Source: Candidatus Bathyarchaeota archaeon (GTDB lineage: Archaea; Thermoproteota; Bathyarchaeia; Bathyarchaeales; Bathycorpusculaceae). From it: 64,000 nucleotides of DNA. This document shows, piece after piece, positions 28,677 to 39,936 of this stretch. The translations under genes and the position numbers were made by a program. Position 1 is the stretch's first letter, and every line of letters begins with the position of its first letter. Below the pieces are notes generated by a model. That model was not told the origin of the DNA, did no database searches, and worked only from the letters and a program-made list of their open reading frames with translations. The stretch covers positions 384,001-448,000 of the forward strand of contig CAWAKC010000001.1 in assembly GCA_963782525.1 (NCBI GenBank). The letters run 5' to 3'.

Positions 28677-30319
28677 TCAGAATCGCAGGATGATTGCGCT
28701 TTGCCCGATTGTAGTGCCCAGCTGAATTTGTTACGCAGTGTTTGGGGGTAGAATTTTTCGATATCGAACTTGACTTTCTTTGCCCATTTAACGTAAGCTG
28801 TCGGGTCAATGTAGCTTTTGAGTGATGTGCCAAGGTTATATTCGCGGGTTAGCTTGGAGAGTTCTATGTCGAGTTTGGCGCGTTCGATGCGGGTTTCGAG
28901 TGCTTCGGTTTTCTTGCCAGCAGCTTTCTTGGATTTTAGGAGTTCTCGGAGGGTCTTCAGGTTTGCTTCCTTGTCCGCTACTCGCTTGTCAAAGGTGGGC
29001 GGGATTTTGCGTTTGTGGTTTGCGACTTCGGCAACCTTGAAGTTTGCCATTTTAGCAGCGAAGTTTTTCTTGTAGTCGGGATCTTCTTTGGTTACGCCGC
29101 TTTTTTCAAGTTCTTCCTTGACGGTTTTTGTGCAACGCCATGTTCTGAAGACTTTAGCGGTTAGTTTAGGCATTTTTTCGGAGAGGAAACGGCTGACGTG
29201 TTTGCTGTCGATACCTTCGAAGAGGTATTCTTTGCTTGTTTTGCTGAAATACTCGATGTTCTTGATCACTTCTGGCGGCGCCTTGTATTCTTTGACCCAG
29301 CGTACGCTGTCTTTGCCTAAGAAGTCAAAGTGCAGGGTGTCGCCGACGATTTTGATGTGTTCTTTGCGCAGGGTGATTGCGCCTACGGTGTCGGCTTCGT
29401 CGGGGTCTTTTTCGTCGCCAACCCTCATGTTTGGTACCAGAATCAGCCATGCTACGGTTGCAACCTTGCGTCTGTTGATGTCTTTGTCGTGAAGGTTCCT
29501 GAGGATGTGTGCTTCGATTTGTTTGATTTGTTTTCCTAACGTTTCGGCTTTTTGGAATTTCTCTTTCTCACGGTTCTGCTTTAGAAATGCTGTATCGCTG
29601 AACCAAACGTACTTAATTTTCCCTGTAAGCTTGTCTTCCCACTTGGCAACGTACATCTTGTCGGGTTCCCAAACGATGCCCTTCCAGTTTCCCGCTGGTT
29701 TTGGCACGTCAGAGGGCAAGTTGAGAGTGATGTCTTGTTCGCTTGGACCTTCTTTCCATTTGCCACGTTGTGGGTGGTCGCCTCGTCCCGCAAAAAGGCA
29801 AGAAGGTTCAGCCGTCCAGTTGGCGATTTCTAACTTTTGACCATCAACTTCAGCGTAACCGTATTTTTCTTTGAATTCTAAACGTTTAACTTTACGCTCT
29901 TCTGCCTGCTTCTTTTTCTCTTCTTTGCTTATGGCTTCTTTTTTGGCTTTCTCGTCAATGATGAAGCGTTTAACTTGGCTGAAGTCGATTTCGTTAACTT
30001 GTTCGCCGCCATTGTTTTGGCCTGTTTGATTATCGATGTTATGCAGGTATTTTGGTATAAAACTGTTCAAGTAGCTTGCCTGAGGGTTTTCTTTCTTTAG
30101 CTGTTCAAGGAATTCCTTCATGAAGTTCTTGGTGAAGACCTTGTCTGGGGGCGGGATGGTGGTTGATAGAACTCGGCGGCTCCATGCCATCGCCATGGGC
30201 TCAGTTTTCTGTGATAGTTTTATCTGTTGACCCTGGATTCTAATCGAGAACCCCTTGAGGTCGTAAGGGGGAACGTATATGCCGTTGTGCTTTAGACTTT
30301 TCATAACATGCTTTCCCAT
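28661..30319 (-). CDS. DNA topoisomerase IB (eukaryote-like, single chain)
   Basis: LKHNG, GRGDHPQRGKWK, catalytic MRVG, GKD, VFRT, NH and TSLKSYIDP. Confidence 0.95.
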   Translation of the reverse strand: MGKHVMKSLKHNGIYVPPYDLKGFSIRIQGQQIKLSQKTEPMAMAWSRRVLSTTIPPPDKVFTKNFMKEFLEQLKKENPQASYLNSFIPKYLHNIDNQTGQNNGGEQVNEIDFSQVKRFIIDEKAKKEAISKEEKKKQAEERKVKRLEFKEKYGYAEVDGQKLEIANWTAEPSCLFAGRGDHPQRGKWKEGPSEQDITLNLPSDVPKPAGNWKGIVWEPDKMYVAKWEDKLTGKIKYVWFSDTAFLKQNREKEKFQKAETLGKQIKQIEAHILRNLHDKDINRRKVATVAWLILVPNMRVGDEKDPDEADTVGAITLRKEHIKIVGDTLHFDFLGKDSVRWVKEYKAPPEVIKNIEYFSKTSKEYLFEGIDSKHVSRFLSEKMPKLTAKVFRTWRCTKTVKEELEKSGVTKEDPDYKKNFAAKMANFKVAEVANHKRKIPPTFDKRVADKEANLKTLRELLKSKKAAGKKTEALETRIERAKLDIELSKLTREYNLGTSLKSYIDPTAYVKWAKKVKFDIEKFYPQTLRNKFSWALQSGKAQSSCDSECITP

Positions 30320-30465
30320 GACGTAACACCGTTTTTCGGCAAAGTTTTATTTCCTGCCACCTAATAGTTCAGATATGCTTTTTTTAGGTTTCGTTGCTAA
30401 AACAACAACTTTCCATAAACAAATTTCCCAAACTTAAAAACTTTAGCAAAAATCAGCCCTAAATT

Positions 30466-30873
30466 TCAGGGAAAAAGCGTTCTTTGCCGTCTTGCAACCC
30501 TATCGTTCTGCAACTTCCGATAAACTAACTCTACATCTTTCCGTTCAACAAAGCCCTTGTGTGGACGAAAACCGCCCGAGAAACCGCCGGGGATATGCAT
30601 GAGTTCATGTATCAAAGTCCTCTCCTTATCTTCAGGGGACATCCTATCAAAAATCTCTGAGATAACTTCAATAGTGTAGGATGGCGGAAGGTTCAACACA
30701 CCCTGCCAAATTTTGCCCAGCCCATGGATACGGGCGATTGTGCGGCGTGCCTTGGAGCCTTTGCTTCGCACACAGAAAACGAATTGGGGAACCACGTGGT
30801 AGAATTCGCATTCTTCAGCTAGCTGGTCGACTTGTTTTTTGATTTCTGGAGCCTCAAAATACTTAATCGGCAC
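30466..30873 (-). CDS. Putative metallopeptidase (phage-metallopeptidase-like, HExxH)
   Basis: ARIHGL, LIHELMHIP and RPH. Confidence 0.8.
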   Translation of the reverse strand: MPIKYFEAPEIKKQVDQLAEECEFYHVVPQFVFCVRSKGSKARRTIARIHGLGKIWQGVLNLPPSYTIEVISEIFDRMSPEDKERTLIHELMHIPGGFSGGFRPHKGFVERKDVELVYRKLQNDRVARRQRTLFP

Positions 30874-30921
30874 CGATGTATCCCTCTTCCGTTACCCTCA
30901 TATGTTGTCTAAGTTTAAAAG

Positions 30922-33529
30922 CTAGGCGCTTTTATGCAGAATTTTCGCTAGCTCCATCCAGAACGTAGATACAAACGACACGGCAATTACCAAAGACCAA
31001 TCCCCAAGATGTAAGCCGGTAATCTGCAGCGCCGACTGTATAGGTGGCAGAGTGGTGCCTAAAATCAAGGTAACAAATACTAGGCAGGGCCCACAGCAAC
31101 ATGACTTTGTTCGACAGCAACCCTTCCTTGACGAGGGGCTCACGTTCGGAGCGGAAGTTTAAGGCTAGGAAAATATGACCAAACATCCAAGTTGCAAATG
31201 CTATGGTACGTGCGTAGGTTACGTCGGAGGTTGTGTACCATGCAAACAGGAAAGTCGCTGTGACTGCTATAAAGAGGCTTAAGGCGCCTAAGGAGAGTCG
31301 TCTTAGCATGGGTTTGTTTAGGAATTTCTCTTTCGGATCAAGCGGCGGTTTCTGCATAGCGTCGGCTTCTTCGGGTTCAGCGACGAAGGTGGCGGAGGCA
31401 GCTAAATCCATGAAGAGCTCAAGCACAATGATTTGTATCGGAGCAAAAGGCAGCGGAATGCCCAGAATGATTGGAACGATGAATATGGATACCAACGCTA
31501 CCTTGCAAGCCAAGTAGTAGCGTACACCTTTCCGTAGGTTGCCAAATAGCTTGCGTCCTTCTTTCACGGCGGTCTCGATGGTAGCAAAATTGTCGTCGGT
31601 TATTATCATGCTTGCAGCTTCTTTAGCCACGTCTGTTCCACGGGTGCCCATGGCGATGCCGATGTGGGCTTCTTTGAGTGCTGGAGCATCGTTTATGCCG
31701 TCGCCCGTGACAGCTACAACCTCGCCATTCTCCTTTAGCAACCGAACCAACCGAAGTTTATCTTCAGGCGTCGCACGAGCAAAAACAAATGTACTCTTCA
31801 ATGCGTCTTTCAAGTCTTCATCAGACATCTTGGCGATTTCGCCGCCGGTTAAGACTCTACTGCTATTTATGCCGACTTGGCTGGCGATTGTTTTCGCGGT
31901 TTCGGGGTGGTCGCCCGTAATCATGATTACTTTGATGCCTGCTTCTTGGCAGGTTTTGATGGCACCTCTGACTTCTTTTCGCGGCGGATCGATGAAGCCT
32001 AAAATGCCGACGAAAACGATTCCGCTTTCAAGATTTTCTTTAGCGAAATCAGCCGGTAAGCGGTGGTACCCAAACGCCAAAAGACGCTCGCCAGCGTGAG
32101 CCATCTGCGCAACCATGCTTAAAACTTCAATTCGCTTGGTATCAGTAAGCTCTGCTTCTTCGCCCATTAGCAGGATTCTGCTAGAGTTTTCTAAAAGTTT
32201 CTCTGGTGCACCGCTGGATAAGACCACTTGGGAGTTGTTGTATTGGTAAATATAAGAGGCGAGTTTGCGTTTAACGTCAAAGCTCAATTCGTCTTTGAGT
32301 ACCCAGTCCTTCGAAACAGCTTGCGCACTGACGCCGTCCTGTTTTAAGCGCTCTTCGATTGCTTGCGCCATAGGATTCCCCAACGTGGCAGAAATGGCAT
32401 TGCCTTGGATGGCGTCGCTTGCTAAAAGCGCCGTTCTCAAAGATGCTTTCTCGTTTTCTTTAAACTCATATGTGGAGGTTATTTTGCCGTCAAAGTAGAG
32501 GTGTTCAAGCCGCATCTTGTTCTCGGTGATGGTTCCTGTTTTGTCAGTAGCGATGACAGTTACGGTACCGAGCGTCTCGGCTGCACGCAAACGCTTCACA
32601 ATGGCGCCTTTCCGAGAAAGGGCATAGCTGCCTACGCCTAAAACCATCGTAATTATGATAGGAAGCTCCTCGGGAATAACAACAAACGCCAAAGACAGCC
32701 CATAGAGCACGGCTTCTGCGGGGCTTGGCTGCAAGCCTCTGATGTAGCTCAAAACGGGTATTAGGATGGCAAAGAAGAGGGCAACCCAAACAAGAGTCTT
32801 CGAAAGCTGCTTCATCGCAAGTTGAAGGGCAGTTTTGGGTTCTTTGGTAGCTTTTGTGATGCCGGCGACTCTTCCGAGCTCCGAGTTAACACCCGTCGCC
32901 GTTACAACTGCTTTTGCTCTTCCCCGGGTAATTACTGTTCCTGTGAAGAGCATGTTTGTTTGGTCGGTGATTCGTGTTTCATCTGGCAACACGATGTTTG
33001 CATCTTTTGCTGCAGGGAACGATTCGCCAGTTAACGATGACTCATCAACTTCTAAACCGTAGTCTTCTAAGAGTCTGGCGTCAGCTGGAACACGTTGACC
33101 AACTTTCAAAAGCAAGATATCGCCTGGAACCAAAAACGCTGTCTGAACCTCTATTGGCTGACCGTTCCTAAGCACTATAGCGGTCGGCGGAGCCAGTTGT
33201 CTGAGAGCCGAAATTGAGTGTTTTGCTCTGTACTCGTTCCAGACTTCTGCGAGAACAAGGATGATGATTATTACAATGATAGTTAAGGCGTCGGTTAAGC
33301 TGCCTAGAATGCTGTAGAGCACTCCAACAGCTATTAACAAGAGAATCATTGGTTCGGTGATTTCTTCCCGCAGAATCCCCAAAAAACGGATTTCCCTCTC
33401 TTCCACAAGCGTGTTTTTGCCGACTTTGTTTAGGCGCGCTGCTGCCTCTTGGTCAGTTAAGCCCTTCGCGGGGTCAACGCCTAAAGACTGAACCAGTTCC
33501 TCTGGTTTTTCTGAATATGGTCGGCTCAA
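30922..33529 (-). CDS. P2-type cation-transporting P-type ATPase with a frameshift near the C-terminus
   Basis: TGES, PEEL, DKTGT, TGD, GDGIND; the last two TM helices lie in another frame (30922-31085). Confidence 0.9.
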
Positions 33530-33862
33530 GACAGCACCTAAACCCAGGTTAAGCAGGATAATTTCTAAAGGTTGCGAAAGCAACTATGCCCTAAAAAGGT
33601 TGCGCAAGTAATCAATGGAATTTCCAGTGCCAAGCAACCCCTCTTTTTGGTCTTAAGTCACTCGCAAACGCCTAAGTTCCATAATTCATTGTGTAGAAAT
33701 AAATCTAAGGCGATTTATGTTTGTTAAATCCTCAAAAGCTTGCAATAGTGCATTGTAGTTAATCGTTAAAGATCAATTTTGTTTTTGAAAACCAATTTTA
33801 GCTTATTATGCAAAACTTTATAACAGCGCCGAACGTTTTGTGTCTAAAAAGGTAGAAGAAAG

Positions 33863-34783
33863 ATGAAATTCGGCACATACATGTTTGAAGCAAAAAAAGT
33901 TCCAGGCTTCGACTATGACCTTTTCCGAGTAAAACCAGAAGTAGGCAGACGAATGCCGCCCAAAGCTGACATGCACAGTAACATCGCTATCTTCGGAGAC
34001 AACGTAACCGCCCGTATTCATCCAGACTGGATTAGCCAATCTGACTTAGGTCCAGCATGGAGAACCAACGACAACTTTAACGTCCGCTGGGAAGTCCTCT
34101 GCGCAACACAACCAGAACACAGAGCAGAACAACTCGACTACATCGAAGATGTTGCACGCAAAAGCCAAGGAATCTGGCTAAACAGCATCCACTTCGCCGA
34201 ACACGGCCACTGCACATGCCCACGCTGCAAAGACCTATGGAAGAAAAGCGGATTAAGCTGGTATGAATGGAGACGAAAAGAAATCACCGAATACATGGCA
34301 CAAGTAAGCGACCGAGTACGCAACAGAGCAAAGAAAAAATTCGTCATCGGTGTCCTTCCAGACCCCGTTACAAACTATGAACGCTTCGGAGTATGGTTCG
34401 ACGATCTCGCACCCCTAACCGATGAATTCCTCGTCGTCATGTTCAACAAAAACTACGCAACCCCATGGTACAACGAAATGCTCACACGTAACTTCAAGAA
34501 ACTCTTCAAAGACGTCAAACTAAACATTGCACTCTACGTAATTGGGCCCGGAGACGATCCAAAAGAAACACCAACCCCAGCTGAACTCTTAACAGTCTCA
34601 GTACGCATGGCACGCGCAGGAGTAGACGGACTACTATACCTCACAGACAAAGCAGCACAGATGCAAGAATTCCAGAAAGCAGCAATCGCCCAAAAAGACG
34701 TTCGCGAACGCCTAGTAAGCTACGGCGGAAAACAAGGTCAAGAAGTTCTCGACTTAGTCACAAGTTGGGAAAAGCTGTTCTAA
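33863..34783 (+). CDS. Hypothetical protein with probable glycoside-hydrolase-like TIM barrel and HCTCPRC motif
   Basis: HPDW, GIWLNSIHF...CTCPRC...WYEWR pattern resembles GHL10/DUF187-like proteins. Confidence 0.6.
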   Translation: MKFGTYMFEAKKVPGFDYDLFRVKPEVGRRMPPKADMHSNIAIFGDNVTARIHPDWISQSDLGPAWRTNDNFNVRWEVLCATQPEHRAEQLDYIEDVARKSQGIWLNSIHFAEHGHCTCPRCKDLWKKSGLSWYEWRRKEITEYMAQVSDRVRNRAKKKFVIGVLPDPVTNYERFGVWFDDLAPLTDEFLVVMFNKNYATPWYNEMLTRNFKKLFKDVKLNIALYVIGPGDDPKETPTPAELLTVSVRMARAGVDGLLYLTDKAAQMQEFQKAAIAQKDVRERLVSYGGKQGQEVLDLVTSWEKLF

Positions 34784-34863
34784 AATAAACCAAACCGTTG
34801 CAGGCAGAAACAACCTATAGTGGTGAAAAACCACCAAGGCTGCCCTTTTTATTTAACCTATTT

Positions 34864-35313
34864 TTATTGTATGTACCCTAAGTTTTTGTTCTGGGTTTCG
34901 CTTATTTCCTTCATCGACTCGTAATGCGCTTCGATTAAGATTTTGAGGGCGTCGATGTTTTTTGTAATATCTTCTACCTCGCCGCTCTTCTGCAAAACCC
35001 CTGACTTTATAAGTTGCTCGTTTATCTTGCTGACTGAAACTTCAATGACCTTAACTTTGAACGCAAAAATCTGCAGCGTATAGAGCAGACTAAGCTGAGA
35101 AGTTAAACGTTCTAAACGATCTAACTCAAGTGTTTTTCCAATGAACGCTCTTAATTTTTGTTCTTGAGAGGCAAGCGGCGAAACAAGAAGCCCCTCATAA
35201 ATGGCCGTTTGTTTTGTGGTTGCTTCCTTGGTTTCATCCACGACTTTCTGAACGCGCTTTGCGGTTTTATCGAGCATTTCTAAGACTTCATCCATATAAT
35301 ATCCCCAAATCAA
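34864..35313 (-). CDS. Coiled-coil hypothetical protein
   Basis: Helical ORF; likely start at MDEVLEM (35295). Confidence 0.75.
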   Translation of the reverse strand: MIWGYYMDEVLEMLDKTAKRVQKVVDETKEATTKQTAIYEGLLVSPLASQEQKLRAFIGKTLELDRLERLTSQLSLLYTLQIFAFKVKVIEVSVSKINEQLIKSGVLQKSGEVEDITKNIDALKILIEAHYESMKEISETQNKNLGYIQ

Positions 35314-35448
35314 TGTTAATTTTACTTTTATGAGACTATATGACCCATTATATATAGCTTAAAGCGCTTGTTTAGGAAGCTTTTGATAGGTAAGCTTTTA
35401 GGTACTTTCATACATAATAACTAAGTCAGAATTAACAAGAGGAATATT

Positions 35449-35517
35449 ATGCCTTCACTTGCAAAAAAGAATGCAGCAAAAAAGAAGAAACATGAAGAAA
35501 AAACCGGGAAGAAATAG
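35449..35517 (+). CDS. Putative 22-aa Lys-rich small protein (MPSLAKKNAAKKKKHEEKTGKK)
   Basis: GAGGA RBS upstream; GGAAGAA/TTCTTCC hairpin and T-tract at the end. Confidence 0.45.
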   Translation: MPSLAKKNAAKKKKHEEKTGKK

Positions 35518-35614
35518 ATTCTTCCAGTTTTTTAATTATTCTATCCCCCAAAGCTAAACGTATTTTTTTCTCTTTCATACCTTTAGCACCGGGTTTTTCA
35601 GAATCAGTTTTTGT

Positions 35615-38600
35615 TTAATCTTGCTTTTTTTGCTTATCCTGCTCTGCCGTGTCTTTTGGTTGTTTTGTTCGGGAAAATTTGTGTGGCCACCAATTGAGTT
35701 TCTGCGCAAGCCCCATCAGTGAAGGCACAAAGAAGAGGATAACTACGCTTACGTCAATGAGGATGGCTGCGGCAACGGCGAGGCTAATTTGTTGAAGAAT
35801 CGCGATGCCAGTTATTAGAAGCGACCCAAAAACGGTGGCAAGAACAAGTCCTAGGCAAAGGATTGTTACCCAGACTTTCTCGATGGCGGTTGTTATGGCT
35901 TCGTTGTCGGTTTTGCCGCTGAGGGCTTCTTCGCGGATGCGGGTTACAAAGAATATGTCATAGTCTATTCCTACGCCAAGCATGGTTACGACTACGAATA
36001 GGGGGGCAAAGTCCAAGATGGGCAAGTTGAGCCCGACGTAGAAGATGAGTGAAATTATTGCTAAAGCGAAGACTACACTGCAGAGAATGGTGACTATTAG
36101 GCGGACTGGCGTGAATGCTGAACGGAGTTGGAAGAACAAAATCAAGTAGACCGCAACTGAGAGAATAACTACAACTTGTGGAATCAGGTTTGACATGAAC
36201 GCTTGGCTATCGTAAGTCGATTGGGTTTGTCCTCCAAAATAAACTGTTACGCCACTTAAGAGTGGCACCTCACTAATGTTCTTCTCCATTCCACGTAAAG
36301 AGTCGATTGCAGCTTGACTGGCAGCAGAATCAGAAAAACCTACCTTTATGACCGCTGTTTTGTTGTCTAAACCTATCGCAGAAAGCATCTGACTCTCATA
36401 CTGTGCACGGAGCGTTTCAGACATACCTTCGACACCTGAATAGTTAAAAGCGCTCCCAAAAGGTCTAGTTGGACCTGAAACAGCGCTGACGCCATTAGCG
36501 TTTGCAGCAGCATCTGTGATTTGCTCAAGTTGGTCGAGCAGAGTTTGGTTAAATTGGTTGTTTCCAAAGGCTATCTGTGTCGGCATGGTTACAACGATAG
36601 ATGTTGGTGCTGTTGCAATGCTTCCGAAGCTGTTTGACAGTACAGTTAGCCCTTGGTTGCTTTGGAAGTTAGGTATGAGTTTTAAGAAGTCATCGCCAAG
36701 AGGGGTATTGACTGTTACATAGAGTGCGCTCAACGATAATGCGCTGATGAGTATTATGATGGGTATTTTTCGTTTAAGTGTCCCCTTTGCCACCCGCTCC
36801 AGCAGGTTTTTATTTGAACCCGATTTTGTTCTGTTGCTCCTCTTTAAGCCTGGCCAAAAAATCTTGTCGCCCAACGCAATTTCAAGGGCAGGCAGAAGCG
36901 TCAGTGAAGCTACAAGCAAAATCGAAACTCCTAAAGCTATAGCGATTCCCACGTCGCTGAAGATAGGAACATTAGCGGCTGCCATAACAACGTAAGCAAC
37001 AATTACGGTTACACCCGCCGTCAAAACGGCTTGACCAGCCCACTTAATAGATATTCCAACGCTTTCCTCGGTGGTTTTTCCCTGTTGTCTTTCTTCTCTT
37101 GTTCGCCTAAGCTGCAGAACCGCGTAGTCCACGGCGAGTCCCAGCATTAATAGTACGGTTAAGGTTGGAGTGAGGAAAGTTATGTTCCCATGTCCAACTT
37201 CTACTATGGCGACATAAATGGATGAAAGGGCGACTGAAACTGAAACACCGCCTATTAGAACAGGAATTAAAGCAGCAACAGGAGCGAAGAACAGCAGCCC
37301 AACCAATAACAGTGAAATGGCTATGCCGGGTCCCACGGTGATTTCGAGGGCAGGCAGAAAAGCTTTCTCAACATCCTTACTTAAAACTGGACCACCCGTC
37401 ACATAGACTTTCCCGAAGTCAGATAAACCCGAATTCTGAACTGCGGATTCCACTTGAGCTATCGTGCCAGAATCTATGTTGGATGAAAAGCCCAAAACAA
37501 TCAGCATTGTATCGTTGTTTGAATTCACAAAGTTACCCGTTAACGCGCTAGACGGCAGATAAGGGTAACTCAAATACGGTTTTGTAGAAATCACATTTTC
37601 GATGGCGAATGCAATGTCTGAGCTCGTTGAGTTTGACGAAATGTTTGAGAGAAGAGTGCGTAATGCAGTACCGTTTACGGTGAAGAGCGGCGAATCTACA
37701 AAGGTGCTTTGAGTAGCGTTTGAGATAAGGTCACAGGCTAACTTCCATGTCTGAGTGGTGTTGGGTGATGCACCAAGCTGGTAGGTGAGTTGCATCAAGT
37801 CAGAAACTGAGAATCCAACATCCGCTGAAGTGAGATTACTATAATTGGCTTGCAGCAGTGAGATTGCATAGTTCGCGAGCGCTGCTTTTGAAGGCGAGGA
37901 ACCAAAGTTGTACAGTTGGTTCACAACGCGAATTGGTGAAGCTCCAAGTGCAGATGCAAGTTCCGCTGGGATATTTGACACCATGGTTGAGATGGTCAGG
38001 TTATTAATGGCGCTTTCTTGGTTCCAGTTGTTAACGTTCAAGCCTTGGGCAACAAGACCAAAAGTTTGGCTTGTCTGGGCATCAAGTTGGCCGCTGCTTA
38101 GAAGAGCCGTAACTGACTGTCCAATTGCGAAGGCTTCCCGGTCAATCACTGCTGTGTTGTTTGGGAGAGTTTGGAAACTATTGATCCAAGCGCCAAAGAA
38201 GGCAGAGTAATACCCGATGGCTTGGGGGTCGCCTCCGAAGTTAGAAGTTACGCTGTAAGTTGTGTCGTTGGCTAAAGAGTTCGCGAGATATGGGTCTGTT
38301 ATGCCTTGGGCTGTGATTCCCTGCCAAACACCGACAAACGCTGCTGGAACACCGTAGATTAGTTGTGCAGTTTGGTTGATGCCGAATTGAAGCTGGAACA
38401 GGTTCTCACTTAAAACCGATAGGTTGCCCTGCAAGGTGTATAGTCCAGAGTTAATTGTTCCGATTTCTGATTGGAGACTGGATGTTTGATTCAGAATGTC
38501 GGGCAATGATGAGTTTAGCAAGCTTGCCTCCAATGTGTACAGGCTTGACTGCCCTGTGTAATTGAGAATATTTGGGTTTTCAGTTAAAGTGCCGTTCAAT

Positions 38601-38899
38601 GCAAGGATTGTCTGCTTTAACGAATCCGAATAAACCGAAGCGCCCTCAAGAACAATTAAAATGCTGTTGTCGCTGCCGTTGGATGAAGACGGAAATTGCG
38701 CCTTAATTATGTTTGCAGCTTTTTCAGACTCAGCATTGGGTTGCCCACCAAACCCTCCTGTTAGATCGTAGGAAACTGCTGAAAAGAAGCTGGGAATAAG
38801 CACAAGCGAAAGCAGAACTGCAACTACCCACGCCACGATGACCCCACGGTAACGTTTCCTAATGAAGACGTTTAGTGAATCAAAAAAAGACCTTGGCAA
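35615..38899 (-). CDS. MMPL/RND-family transporter
   Basis: VYVTGG, LGLAVDY, GVGIDYDIF; two TM blocks with large extracytoplasmic loops. Confidence 0.92.
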   Translation of the reverse strand: MPRSFFDSLNVFIRKRYRGVIVAWVVAVLLSLVLIPSFFSAVSYDLTGGFGGQPNAESEKAANIIKAQFPSSSNGSDNSILIVLEGASVYSDSLKQTILALNGTLTENPNILNYTGQSSLYTLEASLLNSSLPDILNQTSSLQSEIGTINSGLYTLQGNLSVLSENLFQLQFGINQTAQLIYGVPAAFVGVWQGITAQGITDPYLANSLANDTTYSVTSNFGGDPQAIGYYSAFFGAWINSFQTLPNNTAVIDREAFAIGQSVTALLSSGQLDAQTSQTFGLVAQGLNVNNWNQESAINNLTISTMVSNIPAELASALGASPIRVVNQLYNFGSSPSKAALANYAISLLQANYSNLTSADVGFSVSDLMQLTYQLGASPNTTQTWKLACDLISNATQSTFVDSPLFTVNGTALRTLLSNISSNSTSSDIAFAIENVISTKPYLSYPYLPSSALTGNFVNSNNDTMLIVLGFSSNIDSGTIAQVESAVQNSGLSDFGKVYVTGGPVLSKDVEKAFLPALEITVGPGIAISLLLVGLLFFAPVAALIPVLIGGVSVSVALSSIYVAIVEVGHGNITFLTPTLTVLLMLGLAVDYAVLQLRRTREERQQGKTTEESVGISIKWAGQAVLTAGVTVIVAYVVMAAANVPIFSDVGIAIALGVSILLVASLTLLPALEIALGDKIFWPGLKRSNRTKSGSNKNLLERVAKGTLKRKIPIIILISALSLSALYVTVNTPLGDDFLKLIPNFQSNQGLTVLSNSFGSIATAPTSIVVTMPTQIAFGNNQFNQTLLDQLEQITDAAANANGVSAVSGPTRPFGSAFNYSGVEGMSETLRAQYESQMLSAIGLDNKTAVIKVGFSDSAASQAAIDSLRGMEKNISEVPLLSGVTVYFGGQTQSTYDSQAFMSNLIPQVVVILSVAVYLILFFQLRSAFTPVRLIVTILCSVVFALAIISLIFYVGLNLPILDFAPLFVVVTMLGVGIDYDIFFVTRIREEALSGKTDNEAITTAIEKVWVTILCLGLVLATVFGSLLITGIAILQQISLAVAAAILIDVSVVILFFVPSLMGLAQKLNWWPHKFSRTKQPKDTAEQDKQKKQD

Positions 38900-39144
38900 C
38901 AGACATCAAACTCCAAACAAACCACGTATATTTACCAATTTTTCATAGCCTTTGCCAATTTGCAAAGTATGGTTTAAGGATTTCCCACAATCTAGTCAAA
39001 ACAATCCAATTCAGAACCTACAATCTACTGTATTTCTTAAAGCGTTGGGAGAAAAATAAAAAAAGTGCATTTTTTCTTTTTTGTGATAATTAAAATTCCT
39101 AAACAAACCTTTTCTATTTACAAATTGTTGCTGGGAGTTTGCTA

Positions 39145-39650
39145 TCAACGCACAAATTTGAGAACTTTTGAAATGTCATTTTGTAGAAGTTTTTGCTGGT
39201 TTTCTTTGTATTTCGAAAGTTGCAAATTAGATAGACCTTGTTTTATCTCAGCGTTAAATTTGTCTGTGACGTCCAAGATAGTTACGAGCCCTTGAATGGA
39301 TTGCCTTGCCGTTATGAATTTTTCGTCATTGCAGCAACTCAGGTATTTTTGGAATGTTTTGGCGAACTTGCCCTCTTTATCCCAACGTAGATTCGCGGCA
39401 ATGAGCATAACGCCAAGGCTTCGCTGATATGAGTTGTCGCTGTCCAATTTTTTCTCCAATTCACCCCAATACTCGTAAACAGTTGGAAACAACCGGGATA
39501 CTGACTGCAACAACAAGAAAGCGCTATAACGTAACTTGTCGTTTTTTTGTTGAGCTTTTCAAAGAGTAAACGGACATCGGCGGCGTTGAGGTTTTTTGAT
39601 ATGGCGGGAACAGCGGTTTTCTCCACCTTTTTTAATTCATCATCGTCCAT
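39145..39650 (-). pseudogene. HEAT/ARM-like helical protein, frameshifted
   Basis: ORFs 39339-39650 and 39145-39516 join at a T7 tract (39542-39548), giving ...LRYSAFLLLQ...DNSYQRSLG. Confidence 0.65.
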
Positions 39651-39936
39651 GTTTTCACAGATTCAATCTGCTCGTTTTACGGCTATAAATTTTTGGCAAC
39701 CCCGAAACTTCTGGGTTTAGCCAATGAGCTTCCTCTATGCAGGAAGAAAACCTTTGCTTTTGTCTCAGACAGCAACAGCAACTGTAATCACCATCCTGAT
39801 TTGAAAATAGTCGATATTGCTAAGCAAAAATATCTCGAAAGCTAAATACAAGCTTCCGATAAAAATAAAAGCTAAGCTTCCCTTAGGTCAAGTTAGTGTT
39901 TTTCAATCGCTAAAAAGGTTTGAGAGGTGATTTTGA

